DNA of 62,954 nt, filler included, from Asterionella formosa (Eukaryota): NCBI GenBank assembly GCA_002256025.1. It is 6 parts of 6 records of this genome, joined end to end, with 100 filler letters (N's around TTAATTAATTAA, not from the genome) between each part and the next. Parts side by side here need not be neighbours in the genome. Positions count along the whole stretch, not along the records: positions 31,591 to 41,985 come from NKIB01009550.1; positions 42,086 to 52,477 come from NKIB01009551.1; 4 more parts are not named here. One strand, written 5' to 3'. Positions within the stretch are counted from its first letter, which is position 1, and each line of letters begins with the position of its first letter. A model generated the notes under the pieces. It made no database searches. It saw nothing but the letters and a program-made list of their open reading frames with translations, and was not told the DNA's origin. Shown piece by piece: positions 35,101 through 47,500 of this stretch. The translations under genes and the position numbers were made by a program.

Positions 35101-36424
35101 AACCGGTGGAGGCCATATTTCGAACTTGCTTAAACGGAAGATGCCCCAGCTGATAGTGGGTATGAAGAAGCTCGGCGGTAGCCGTCAGGGCGTCAGAATC
35201 CTCGATTTCCGTCAGACCAGTGGCTGAATCGTGGAAAAGAAGGGCATTGGGCGCAACATCACTCACTTGGGCCATCAATTTGTCGCCTCTCTTCCGATTG
35301 GCAAGGGCTCCCACCCCTCCTCCTTTGGGAACTGGCCACATGAGTTCAGCATTATCATTGTAGTCGCATGGCCGAACGAGGGGAGACTCATCACCCTCTT
35401 CACCAGAACATTCGTCATCAGTAACCGTGTTCATGTTAAAACAATTAATCCTGACATCAGGCTCCTAAGTTACCATGATTGATTCGTAGATCTGGTATCT
35501 TTTTGTCCCTGGCGCAGAAAACAAAGTTGCCACATTTGTTGCCGGGTCCAAGAGCACACTTCGAACATAGCCATTGTTTCCCCAATGTAGGGTGACCTTG
35601 TCCTCATACGTAGCGCACCATGCTCCCTTTCCTCTGCGGTCACATCGGTTGATTTCCTTGCTCCAGTGTTGAGGGGAAAACATGCGGAAAGGTGCATCAG
35701 GGGCATAATACGTCCCAGGAATACGAAAATGGTGAATACGACCGAAGTCGTCCTGTATACTCCATTTAACCTTTTCCTTTTGCAATACCGCAATTGGGCC
35801 TCCAACTCCGCTGATTTCAGCGTGAACTGGTGCAGGCACTCCCACAAAATCCGTGCTGCAGTTTGTCACACACTTAGAGCAACAATTGTCAATCATCAAT
35901 ATATAACTATCTGAATCAAACGGTAGGGTTACTGGGCCGGCTCGTGACATGGTGGACATACCAAGCCCAAATGACAAGGGCTGATCCATAGGTGCTGAAA
36001 CCCGCAGATACTCCCTTGGCTTTCGGTAGACACCGGACTCTCGCTCTCCGGAAACCCCTGATCGGAAAACTTTTGTTTTTCGGAATTTCATGCGACACGT
36101 GGGTCGTGCAAGGGCAATCTCTAACTGACACAAGGTGGCATTGATAGCTGCACACCCTCTTGCACATACTCTTGACATTGGTGACATCATCATTGAACGA
36201 CTCCGCTTCGGAATGTATAGAGTACGAAGTGGGGTCCTAGAGGTGTCATCCAACACTGGGCATAGCACTGGGATGCTAGATACAAGCACAAGTGCCCAGC
36301 ATACCCATAGGCACATCATCATGGTATGGCCAAAGAACTCGGACAAAAAGGTCATGCACGCTGGCCCACATAGAATGAACTGATAAAACCAATAGCTAAG
36401 TATGCTATTTAATTTTCTCATCAT
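32147..36424 (-). pseudogene. CoDi pol (PR-IN-RT-RH), split by frameshifts and stops
   Basis: Six consecutive minus-strand ORFs carrying the canonical motifs. Confidence 0.9.
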
Positions 36425-36439
36425 TCCCCGGCCACCTTC

Positions 36440-37704
36440 CTAGCCGGTAACTGACATGTCCTCTCCACCTTGATTAGAATCATCATCGTCATCATTTCCC
36501 TCCATGATGCTGGCCAGGGCAGTAGAGAGGGCGATGGCCTCAGCAGATTTGTCTTTGGGCTTCTTTGGGATCTTCACTGGAGGAGACATGCCCTGTGGGC
36601 TCATGTTACATTCCTTGGCGGTGTGCACCGTCCAGGAGGCGTGATTAGAGCACCAATGATACTCTTTGGTGTCTACCGTCTTGGTCTTCGGGTCATCTTC
36701 CTTAGGTGGCACAAGCTTCCATGCCCACTTCTTGGACAATTTGGCTTTGCGAGCTTTCTCCCTTTTATCATTTTTAACCTCCTTGAGTGACTTGTTTGCC
36801 TTGAAATACTCTAATTTGGCCGTGAGGGCGACAATTTGGGCCTCCAACTTGGCATCCTGGACAGAGGGCAAATTCCACCTCTTGGACTCAACAAGCATCT
36901 TAAACTTATTTAGAGCCAAATCCATTAGGGAGTCCACGCAAAAATCGACTCTCCCATCATGATACTGATCCTGCTGCCCTACCATGTAGTCATGGAAAAC
37001 CTTGTCTTCAACAGCCTCATAGGCCGTAAACAAGTTAGTTAAAAGGTCAGAGGAGGTTTCACCGCGGGACATGAGGGCATCGCGCTGGACACGAACATGT
37101 AGGTTGAACTTTTCAATATCGCAATTTACGGACAGCATGTATTGGTCCAATGCACTTAGTGTTCGTCGAATTGTCGCCACAGTAGACCTGGTATCCACGG
37201 TGCACCTTGTGATGAGGAGTTTCAAGAATGCCGCTCCACTGGCTACCACAAAGGTGTGGTCAGTAGGTGATACCAGTCTGTACGCAGCGGAGTCCGTGGA
37301 GACTTTAGTAGTGCCTCAAGTGATAAAGAATCATAGATGCACGTAAATAGTTGTGCACTGTTCTGTGCGTCACGGGTATGCGTATGCACATGTGCGGCTG
37401 AGTGAGCCACTACATTTGCCATAGAAACTCTCCCATATTCAGTAATCAGGTTCCTCCCAATGCTCTGGTCATCGGGGACAGTAAGGATGGATGCCCACCC
37501 GAACGCATCCGCTCTCTGCTGCAAAGCTTGAAGAAAGAGGCGGAGACTTCCTGTTTCACCATCGAAGGTATGGTTGAGTTTCTCAGTAGCAGACTTGTAC
37601 AGTTTCATCCCTTCGTTGGAGTTGTAATCCACAGGATCGGGGTTGGCAAGAGCCGGCGTGAGTGCAAAGACGAAGGCCGCAGGGGCATTGATTGCTTGAG
37701 CCAT
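36440..37704 (-). pseudogene. CoDi gag (one frameshift near 37300)
   Basis: ORFs 37243..37812 and 36440..37249. ATG at 37704 (MAQAINAP); acidic tail and its own stop at 36440. Confidence 0.85.
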
Positions 37705-39569
37705 GTTGGGAGCGAGTCCGCGAAGTCGAGGAGATCGACGAAGAATGTTAGAAGTAAATCTGGAGACGACGTTTTGTCGTTGTAAGCGCAGGGGAAGCGT
37801 GAGGGAAACCACCGAATATCAAATACAAATAAACGTAGTTTAATAACCAATAAGACAGGATCAATATCGAACGAATCTATTTTTGTTATATGAGATAGTA
37901 TCGTCATTTTCCACAAAAGGCAACTCATCAACCATCAGTTGGATCGCTCACAAAACGGCAACAAGAGAAGACCGGGAACATTCGAATATACATGAATGAC
38001 ACCTATAACATCGCCCATGCCACCTCTCAAATCGATACTGATATCGCCACCAAACATTGTCAAGGAGGACCCAGCAGCTTTGATGGAAACGGCATCGGCA
38101 TCTGAAGTAAGCTACAAATCGAATCCAACAACAACCGAAAACAAACCCGGAAACCCATCAGACACTTTCATACTGGGATCGTACGACTATTCACCCGTAG
38201 GAACTTCGAATATTCTCACAACGATCTACAATCCACATTCAGTTCTTCACTGTTGTACTTACCGATCCGCTTCAACTAGCATAACAAGCAGCAAACGATG
38301 GGATAAAAGAAAGACGAACGTTGCCTATTGCAAGCCCGAATAGAGCAAAGGCAGGCAAGATAGAGTGAGAACTATATTTGTGAGGACGAAATTTGGCATA
38401 CGGTACGTAAAATCAATGAATATGTGAACGATATAATTCAACATTTCAGGTCTCGTAAAAATAATACCGAGTCTACAGAGATAATATTATAACGTGTTCA
38501 AAGTAAGCGCTAAAGCATAGCTTAAACCATGCATGGTTGTTTTTAGTACCACGTACGTATGTAGACTAGATGACTGCCGGTAACCGGTAGAATATCCGTT
38601 AAGCATCATTACATACATGACCGGAGCAAAAACTTGCCAACAACATCAGATGTATCGATATCATCGTTCGTCCGACGAAATATGGACGATGCGACTACAT
38701 GAATACCTCGAGAAAACAAGCAATCCAACAATCAACCGCATCCGTTAGGCAAAGAATCGCTACTGGCGTCATCGCGGAACTGATTTCGCTTCAAACCGGT
38801 CATGATGGACGACGATTGGCATGGTGAAAGGTGAATTGCCGGAGTCCACTTTTCAGGAGACGAACAAAAACGAGGTGAATTCTAGATATAGATTATTAGA
38901 ATCTGTATAGTATATAAAATTGTTTCCTTAAGTAGACCCCTTGCCGATTTCGGCAATCCCAGGGCTGGAAAACCGAGGGGCAATTGGTGTCTGTTGTCTT
39001 GCCAAAATGCGAACATATGAAATATACAAAATATATTTTAATGATGGGCAATATCGGACCTTTGGCAATTTTCGAGGTGAAGATAGGAAATATACAAAAT
39101 ATATTTTATATGATGGGCAATAGTAGGCTAAAATTGACATTTATGCTAAATTTGTGGGCAGCAGGTAAGCGAATGACGCGACGATAGCTAGAGCGGGAAT
39201 TGCCTCAACAATACCCTTCTCGGCGGCTACTTGCCTTCTCGTATACATGTGTGCTCGACTGGGATGGCACTCGAAGGGTAACCTTCTCGCAGCGCCGGGG
39301 GCGCCACTCGTACGGTCAACCTACTCGCGCCACCAGGCCTCGAACACATGTATACTCGCAGGCAAGAGACCACCTCGGGCGTGTATTGCCTTCAGCAAGG
39401 GACCCTGATACCTCAATAATGGTCCCAGCAAGTTGCGGTAATTTTGCTGAAATTGATATCGTGACGCAGGACAGGCGTTTGATTATGACATGATTCTCCC
39501 AAACTCAATCGGTATTGTGATTAGAAAGTTGGTGACGAGATTCTAGTCCTATTGCATAATCCAAATACC

Positions 39570-39900
39570 GTCTTGGATGATTGTGGACAAGGTCCTTACA
39601 CTATTATTCAAGTACATCCCAATGGCACAGACACTTTTCAATGAACTACTTTGCATATTACTGCATGAATGAATATTCATTATATCAAACCTTGTCATAG
39701 CTGAAACGTTTTCCCTTTGTGTGGGAGAATGAGTGATCCCAATCAAGAACACATACACCTATAGCGTTAGGGCTACATAGATTATATCAGAATTCTATCA
39801 GGAAAGAACTCAACTAACAACCTAGAAGAATGAAACACAAGGATTTACTAATAAGCCCACTAAACGGCGGTATAATATTACATTGTATATATAGATTTTT
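39570..39900 (+). mobile_element. Gypsy 3' remnant: integrase C-terminus, polypurine tract and 3' LTR
   Basis: GPYTIIQVHPNGT...MNIHYIKP, then gtgggagaa|TGAG. The LTR resembles 16812-16950 (gttaggg.ta...tatatc.gaattctat...agaactc.actaac). Confidence 0.7.
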
Positions 39901-41281
39901 TCTAATTTTCCAGTTATGACTATTTTTAATACAACAAAGTTGTTTCTGATGTTGCGCCAGATACAACATATCTTGTTGTCGATTACTAGGTCTTATGTTT
40001 TAGATAATCAGATACCGGTAAATGTGCTGGAAAGTAGCAATCGGCCCAAAAGTGTTAAAAACAATAAAAAACAATAATATAACATTGATCCGGCATCTCC
40101 GGGAAAAACACAGATGCATTTGTGAAGAAAAATTAATATCTATAATATATTTAGTTGTGTTGAACTGCCACAGACAATATACAATAGCAATAATTGAATC
40201 TATTACTCACTCTCAGTAGTATTGAATGCAATATTTCTTGAAGGCCAAAAAAACGCGCCATATTTATATGTCAGCAACCGTAATTCACATTAGAAATTGC
40301 TTCCGACGCACCACAAAATGAAGCAGATCGTGATCATCTCATTGACAATGATGAAACCTACAGCAAGGAAAAAGCCTCAATCATCTAAAAAGTATAAGGT
40401 TATACCTAATTCTTTGCATATGACTGTAGTCTCACTTATTTTTAACAAGTCAATGTAAATTTAACAACCATAGAGAGTGTATGGAACGACTGTTATTCTC
40501 TTCACAATATAAGTATCATAGTGAATTGTGCTATTCACTTTCCTGCAAATATTTGATTGGCCACAAGATGTAAACCAAATTTGGCAATACGTAGATATAC
40601 TCAATGAATATATTTATGTTCAATTGGTTTGGATTAATTTATTCAAATGCTAATAACTTAGTAAGTGATTGCAAGTTTATACTCACATCTAAATAACTAA
40701 TTAAAAATGGGCATTTTTTCGAGTAGGAAGCCAACCCTCACATAGAAAGATGGAATGTAGTCATGTATTCCATCCTTTAAGAAGATGCTTGGCACTGAGT
40801 GTTCCGATAATTTATGCAACTAATATTGGACAGAGGGAGTACCAGGTACCAGGTTCCTGATACCTTACCAACTAGTGTTGGCCAAGAGTACAAACTCCAG
40901 AAAGTAGTGGAATGGAGGTCCTGTAATGACTGAAACTTTTTAATCAGTCAACGAAAATTCTCACTAGTGCACTGTATCTAGTAATATATTGTGCAAGTTC
41001 CAACTTTCCTGGTGAATCCATATTCACGAATGACACATCACTGGTACCAATAGTGTCTCCAATGTACATTGCTTTGTCTGCAACGGGAAGTGACGCAAAA
41101 CTCATAGCCTACAAAATTTGCATATGCAATCAGAAAGTGAAGAGTGCCGACCACTTACGGTAGCTTCATGAAAGTAGATTGTTAGGAACTGCAATACAAG
41201 GGTAAATTTTCATAAACGAGAAACTCAACCCTCAGTGATTCGAAGCTCGACAAACGATTTTGCCGGGGACGAGATGCCACA

Positions 41282-41985
41282 TTATTTTCTGCTGGAAAAG
41301 TCTTTCTGTTTGGCGTGTTTTTCTTGATCCGCTGAGACATCATCTGCCCATTCGTCGTATTCCTGTTGGTCATCAATCAAGTCTTGCTCAGATAAATTGT
41401 CGTCACTAAGTGAAGTAGAACTTATTTCATCGTCGTAGTTCCCTTCCTGTCTACTATCTTGTTTCATCATTCTCTGGACAGCCTGACGCCTCGAACAGTT
41501 TTCGGCAAATAAGACGAATTGTTCCAATTCATAAGAGTCCACGCGCCGAACATTGCGAAGCTTGTCTTGGACGATGGGGCAAAGGTCGGTGGCAATAATT
41601 GATTGACCCACAGCCGGCGGAAAATAGGACAATTTGGAAAGAAACTGACGGCCACCTTCTGGAGACTTGTTGTATATATATGAACCAGCGTGGCACTCCT
41701 GCTTGAGGTAGTCGTCTCGTTCCGTCACCCACCGGCCCGCCCAGAGAGCGGCGTATACTTCCACGCCAAGCTTTCCGGCTGCTAGAACCTTGGCTAGTAC
41801 TCGTAGCGGCAGCTTCAATGGGGGAGGGTCCAGAACGTAACTTGATGGTCTTTTCATCTGCTGGTACAACCGGGGTCCATACCTGAGACAAGCAAAGGCA
41901 AGGCAGGACGCTAGAGTTCCAGTTCCATTGAGAGTGAAGGATGTCTGGTTCACTTGCTCTAGTTCGATCCGTAAATCATTTTGGC
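41282..41985 (-). CDS. Hypothetical protein, 5'-truncated at the contig edge
   Basis: The ORF is open to the spacer, has coding-like GC content and ends in an acidic tail; no domain recognised. Confidence 0.65.
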
Positions 41986-42387
41986 NNNNNNNNNNNNNNN
42001 NNNNNNNNNNNNNNNNNNNNNNNNNNNNNTTAATTAATTAANNNNNNNNNNNNNNNNNNNNNNNNNNNNNNNNNNNNNNNNNNNNGGCCGTTCGTCCGAT
42101 ATTTCCCTCAAATGATCAAACTTCACTCCAAGTTCAACATAGTAGTACTAGATATACCGTGTTAAATTATAAAATGGGAATGAACGGAAGTTCAGACTTC
42201 GGCTGAAAAACCGGCCTACTGTCCGAACATTTCTACGAAAATCAGCGTAAGTGTCCGGTAGATGTCTGATGATGGCACACTCAGTATGATTGTAGTTGCG
42301 ACTATCTATAATGCATTGATCATCAGGGTTAGGGTTAGGGTTAGTATGGCACAGGAAAAGATCAGTCAGTGGGACAACTAAAACCAA

Positions 42388-42724
42388 TGTTACTCAAATT
42401 GGATCGAAAGCGAATGCAAAAAGAACAAGAGCATGAGAAACATACAAAGGAAAACACAGGAGCTACAAGCAACTATGAACGAGATTGTGTTAATCATGCC
42501 AGAGAAGGTCGTTAGAGCCAAGCTAGAGAAACTATCAAGAAGAAAACAAAAACTAAGGAGATTCGATAGAAACGAAAACTATAAAAAAAGAGTCAAGATG
42601 CATTATCTAAAATTGCATATTGCTGGCGTCAGAGGGGATGCAAGACATGGCATAAGCTGACGTATGACACTGTCATACGTCTAATTCCTGGCAGGAATTA
42701 GACACATATGACGAGAATTAGACA
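42388..42724 (-). repeat. 3' LTR of a copia element (TG...CA, ~337 bp)
   Basis: On the minus strand the polypurine tract gggaggac is followed by TGTCTAAT...GAGTAACA, ~45 bp after the RNase H stop. Confidence 0.7.
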
Positions 42725-42767
42725 GTCCTCCCAAAGTGAATGTCAGGAAAGATAAACTTTGTGGTCG

Positions 42768-44520
42768 TTAACGCCATAACATGTGGCAACAGAGCTCGAA
42801 ATGTTTGTGTGGTGGTAACCATTTGGTTAAGACATCAGCCAAATTGGTGGCTCCCGGTTTGTGATGAACTCGCAAAGAACCTGTAGCAACAGATTCACGA
42901 ACCTTATGGTAAGCAATGGAGTTATATTTCTTTTGTAATGTAGAATCAGGCTTGGTTAAATTAAGGAGCACACTGTTGTTATCACAGAAGGTATTCGTGG
43001 GTTTGTCAATAGCTATGCCAAGCATTGGTAGTTTGTATCGAAGTCCATTGTTCATTTCTGTGGCGATTTTCAAAGCAATAAACTCCGAACCAAAAGTAGA
43101 GGATTCGATTGTGTTTTGTCGTTTAGAATACCGTGTAACCGGGGTGCCGTTGAGGAATATAATGATACCAGTTGTTGAGCGCCGTGTCATTAAGTTGGTA
43201 GCATGTGATGCATCGCAAAACATGTTACTTTGAACACTATTTCCACATGCTGGTTTAGATGCATTGATAGGCATCTCTTCGTTTACGTTTGGGTAGAATT
43301 CCTTCCAATTCTCAGATAGCCAGGAAAGGTTTGACCAATCTCGTTCATGAGGATCAATAACAATTTGACACTTGAGGTATTTCTTTATGCAGGCAAAGAT
43401 GCGTAAAACTGCAACCATGTGCCCCTTTCGTGGAGTGGCCATGAATTTTGCCAGTGTTGCGCCAATATGTGCCAAGTCAATTCTTCCGAGCTCAATAGCC
43501 CATCTCAGTATACCAATATAACTTTGGTATAATTTGGTGTCATTTTCATTTAGGAAATCAGTGTCATCAAGTTCATGGTCGAAGTTTGGTGATGCAGGCG
43601 GCGGTGCATCAAGTTTAGTCTTGAACATTGCTTTGAGCGGTCTGAATGTTGCTTCAATGACTGGCAAGGCCTTTTCAAGGTAATCCTCAGCAGAAATGAA
43701 CCAGGCTTCACTCCCGTTCTCCAACTGTTGTTTTCCAATCTTAGCTCCAAGGTATCTAGTGGGGGGGGTCCCACATCCTTGAGCCGATAAAGGAATGGTG
43801 ATTCCGCAAATGTGTTGATGTTTTATATGGAATCCTCTGAAATGCACAAAATGTCTTCCACGTACACTAAGATGTACTCCAAATATTCAAAACCATTTGA
43901 TTTTCTTGCTTCATGGTACCACATGTTGGGGTCCGCATAACTTGGGATAAAGTGCAAGTCCCGTATGCCATGCTGCAACGGAACTCTTTTGGCCATAGAG
44001 GGCACTTGCAATGATGGCGATTCTTCCGGCGTCTTCACTGAATTCGGGACTGGCAATGCAGTATAATTTTTCTTCTGTTGATGCATCAAGGTATGCATTT
44101 CCCATGTCCGCCATTTGTACATCAAGGCTGTTTAGCTAGTGCTGCTATGAGGAATGCGATACAAACGCTATCCTGGGAGACAACTGAGGAGTATGTCAAA
44201 GAATTGGGAGGGGGGGTCAGTGCGGTGTCCCCCTGCAACCAGTCTTGCTAGTAGTAAAATCAATTTTTATGTCGAATATCATACAGGTTGGAATGAGTTT
44301 GTATCCAGCTGGAGGTGTGGATTCTTTATGTTTCAGGTCAAAGGCAACCCATACATTTGTCATTTCTTTCATAATGGCATCATGCCACAAGGTGTTGTTA
44401 TTGTATGCGTCAAGTTCAAGGGCTTTGGTTACATTGACGGGAACCCTAAGACCGAATTTGAATCCAGTACAGATTGCTCGTCTCTGGGATAGTTTTATCA
44501 ACCGCTTCTGTTTACGCAAT
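42768..44520 (-). mobile_element. Degraded Ty1/copia (second CoDi lineage) RT-RNase H
   Basis: KFGLRVP...ALELD..N..LWHDAIMKEM, ADMGNAYL, YILVYVED, YQSYIGILRW, CDASHA...RRSTTG, ESSTFGSEF and NLADVLTK. Confidence 0.92.
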
Positions 44521-44529
44521 GATATATGA

Positions 44530-47500
44530 TGTACCCTCTCTGCAAATAAAAGCTATCATATATCCATGATGCATCATAGGATTGTGATCATCTGATCATA
44601 ATATTTTGTTATATCATCAAATAATTTTGATAAATGCCTTTGTAATTTAAATAGTAACCCTTTTGACTACATATATTTAATTATTAAATGTATTGTTTCT
44701 ATTTGATTCCTGTATTCGAATTTCTTGGTGGGATAATGTACCAGCTCAAGTAATGTAATTTGGCTCGTCATTTCCATCCGTCATCACGCCGATTTTTGCA
44801 ACAACAACGAAATACTAGCGACGACAAGCAGATTGAATGTTTGCGATAATGTCTTCAATTGTTGGTCAAGTGATCATTATATCTTTGAGTAATCATCATG
44901 AGCAGTGAACCTTTGTTCATAATCATTCAATTAAGAGTTGACAGGAGAGAAGAAATCATTCGAACTCGTAATGTTTCCGCACACAGCGCACAAAGTAAAT
45001 CCGTTTCGTTCACTTCAGCATGACAATTTCGCCAATCAACCCGTAAGCAAACACATTCTACTTGTTCTCATTGACATTTTCAATTCTCACATGATACTAC
45101 CACATCTACTATTGTTATTCAGCATAGAAGGAGATACGAAAATGTGCGTAACAGACTACTGTCCACATAGCTATATTTATAGAATGATTCTGATTAGAAT
45201 GCATTTCATTTTCATATCGCTCGCTAGTTTCTGCATTTGGTATACTGTACTTGAATTAACTATTGAACTTGTCGGCATCTTTGATACCATCAAGAGAGCG
45301 AAAGCAAGTGGCTCTTTTCATTGTTGTTTGCTCGTAGGAAGAATTTATTATCTGTATCGTCATTTGCTTGTTGGAATTGTCCGTTGCCTCAAACTTGCTT
45401 GACGTGTGCGTGCAGACACTGTCGACTGGTTTTCAATGGTATGTTGTTCTTGTATTCACTGTTGAACTTGTCCGCATCTTGCTTTGTTACCATCAATAGA
45501 GCGACAAGTGCGTCTCTTCATTGTTGTTTGCTCCTGGAAAAGTCGGTGTCTGTGTCATCCTAATCAATAGAGAGACAAGTGTCCTCCATCATTGCGGTTT
45601 GCCGCTGGAAAAATGGTACTTGTGGTATTGTCATTCGCTCGTTGTAACCACTGTCCGTTGCCTCAAACCTGATTAGCGTGTGTTGTGTGTATGTGCACTG
45701 TCGACTTGTGTACATTACAGGAGTGACTTGTTAGCTACTAAAGTGCGTGATATAATAATATACCCCGTAGCACAATGCAGAATACAGTTCCCAATCATCT
45801 CATCATGATTGATAAGATGATAATGTGATATCATGATAGGGTTACATCGATGCATACATCACCAAAGTATGATATGTGAAATTGAAAAAAATTTATCACA
45901 TAGCTATGATACATTGATCAAAAAACAATGATGATTTTATAAAATGTTTATGATATATTTTTAATCAAATTTGATCATGTTAAAATAATACAATGACAAT
46001 AAAATACGATAAAATATGTTTGCAAGTGTTATCAATATATCATAGAAAAAGAAAAAAAGTCATAAAGTATGTTACTTATTATATACATTTAACTTTAAAT
46101 GTATACAGTAAAAGACAACAGTTAATATGATAGTATTATTTGGTGGATAGGATCTAAGTATACGGATGCGTTGATATGTACATCACTATAATATGATTTG
46201 TGACATGGATTGATGCATATCACATACCGGTATCCTCGACAACCAGCCTTCACCATCGTCATGTCGTTTTACCTTGTTATAGCTATATATATGCCAGCAT
46301 GTGTATTGTGTAAACACTACGCTGGCGGAACATGCATATTACACTGTGCTCTGTTCAACAATTACTACACTCAGTTACCATCACACCAGCTGTACCTCCA
46401 CAAGCGCCGCAAAAAGCTCCGCGTTTCCCTTTCACTGTTTTACATAATAGTCTTCTATTCCCTCAGTTTGTCATGTACTTGTTGGTCTGTGCGATTAGAA
46501 TTTTTTTTGATATGGTTCCATGTCATCCATCTGCATCCAGGAGTTATTAATGGTATCATCGACAGGAGCCATTTTTCTTGTATCAATAACTGAAGTAGAA
46601 ACACACACGTCATCATCGCTGTCAGTATCAATTACGGGATCCTTTGTACTAGTAGCTGATGGTGTTCCCATTGACAATGGGGTATTACCCCCAACGTCTC
46701 CCAATCGCCGATTGGGTTGCTTTGGATAATCGCCTATTCGCTTTTTCTTTGTTAACTCATTTTGGTACTTGCTTCTTTGTTCCATACCGGCAGTATTTGC
46801 CACATGTCTCTAGTTTCCATGAACCTCTTTATGGTTTCTTGAAGACATTGTACTACTTAATAACTGTTGTCGTTGTCTTCCTTAAAGTACCAACAAGACA
46901 CGTTTAGATTACATCAAATCAACATTTGGTGGCATGTGCATTAAAAAGTTGAGAGAATGTCTGAATGTAGCTATTGAATAATCAATTTAAAGGAATCTTA
47001 GGTAAGTTCTTGCAGGGAGATGCACCGAAAGCATGATGTTTTGAGTCGGGGATTATATTCTTATCAAATATGTTTGCTAACATAATTCATGACACACCAG
47101 CTGGTTTAACAGAATATAGCTAACTTCCAGACTATGGATATTGATGACTTTATTAGGTGGGCGTTCACGCTTTATCGTTTTGCGCAGTCAAAGGACATTA
47201 ACAGTGGAAGCCATGGATACCAAGTCTGGCGTGATGTTCTTGCTCCGGTGTATTTTATAGGCAGGCAGGACAAGCCGTGGAGAACCATTTTTAACAGGAG
47301 ACGAATCTGGTGTGGCCAAATTTCAACTCAGTCTTCGGGCACAGTGTGAATTGCAAACACGTTTTGTTGGTTTGCTGATCAATGCCAGTACAGAAGCATT
47401 TTGCTTCTTGATGCTGAAAGGAAAATTCCGATTACAACAAAAATATTTGGGTTTCAATCCAGATACCCATGAAATTTCAGAGAACGATAGCTATTCGTCA

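Larger units (their letters stand above)
32147..38450 (-). mobile_element. Near full-length Ty1/copia (CoDi-type) retrotransposon with several frameshifts
   Basis: gag (FALTPA..VDY; WCSNHASWTVHTAKEC), protease (MIDNCCSKC), integrase (HYQLGH..CTAC; SVDQM; ADNGRF; QNGVAEKR), RT (WKARLNLHG; YVDDG) and RNase H (DADF; TEAEY; EDNSGA; ADMFTKPL), in copia order. Confidence 0.95.

Noticed and set aside
38959..39407. hAT-like MITE (CAGGG...CCCTG with internal direct and inverted repeats)
   Set aside because: The terminal match is only 5 bp and there is no 8-bp target-site duplication.
42325..42344. Telomere (TTAGGG x3)
   Set aside because: Only three units and internal to the contig; similar short motifs occur in LTR-like sequence at 16845.
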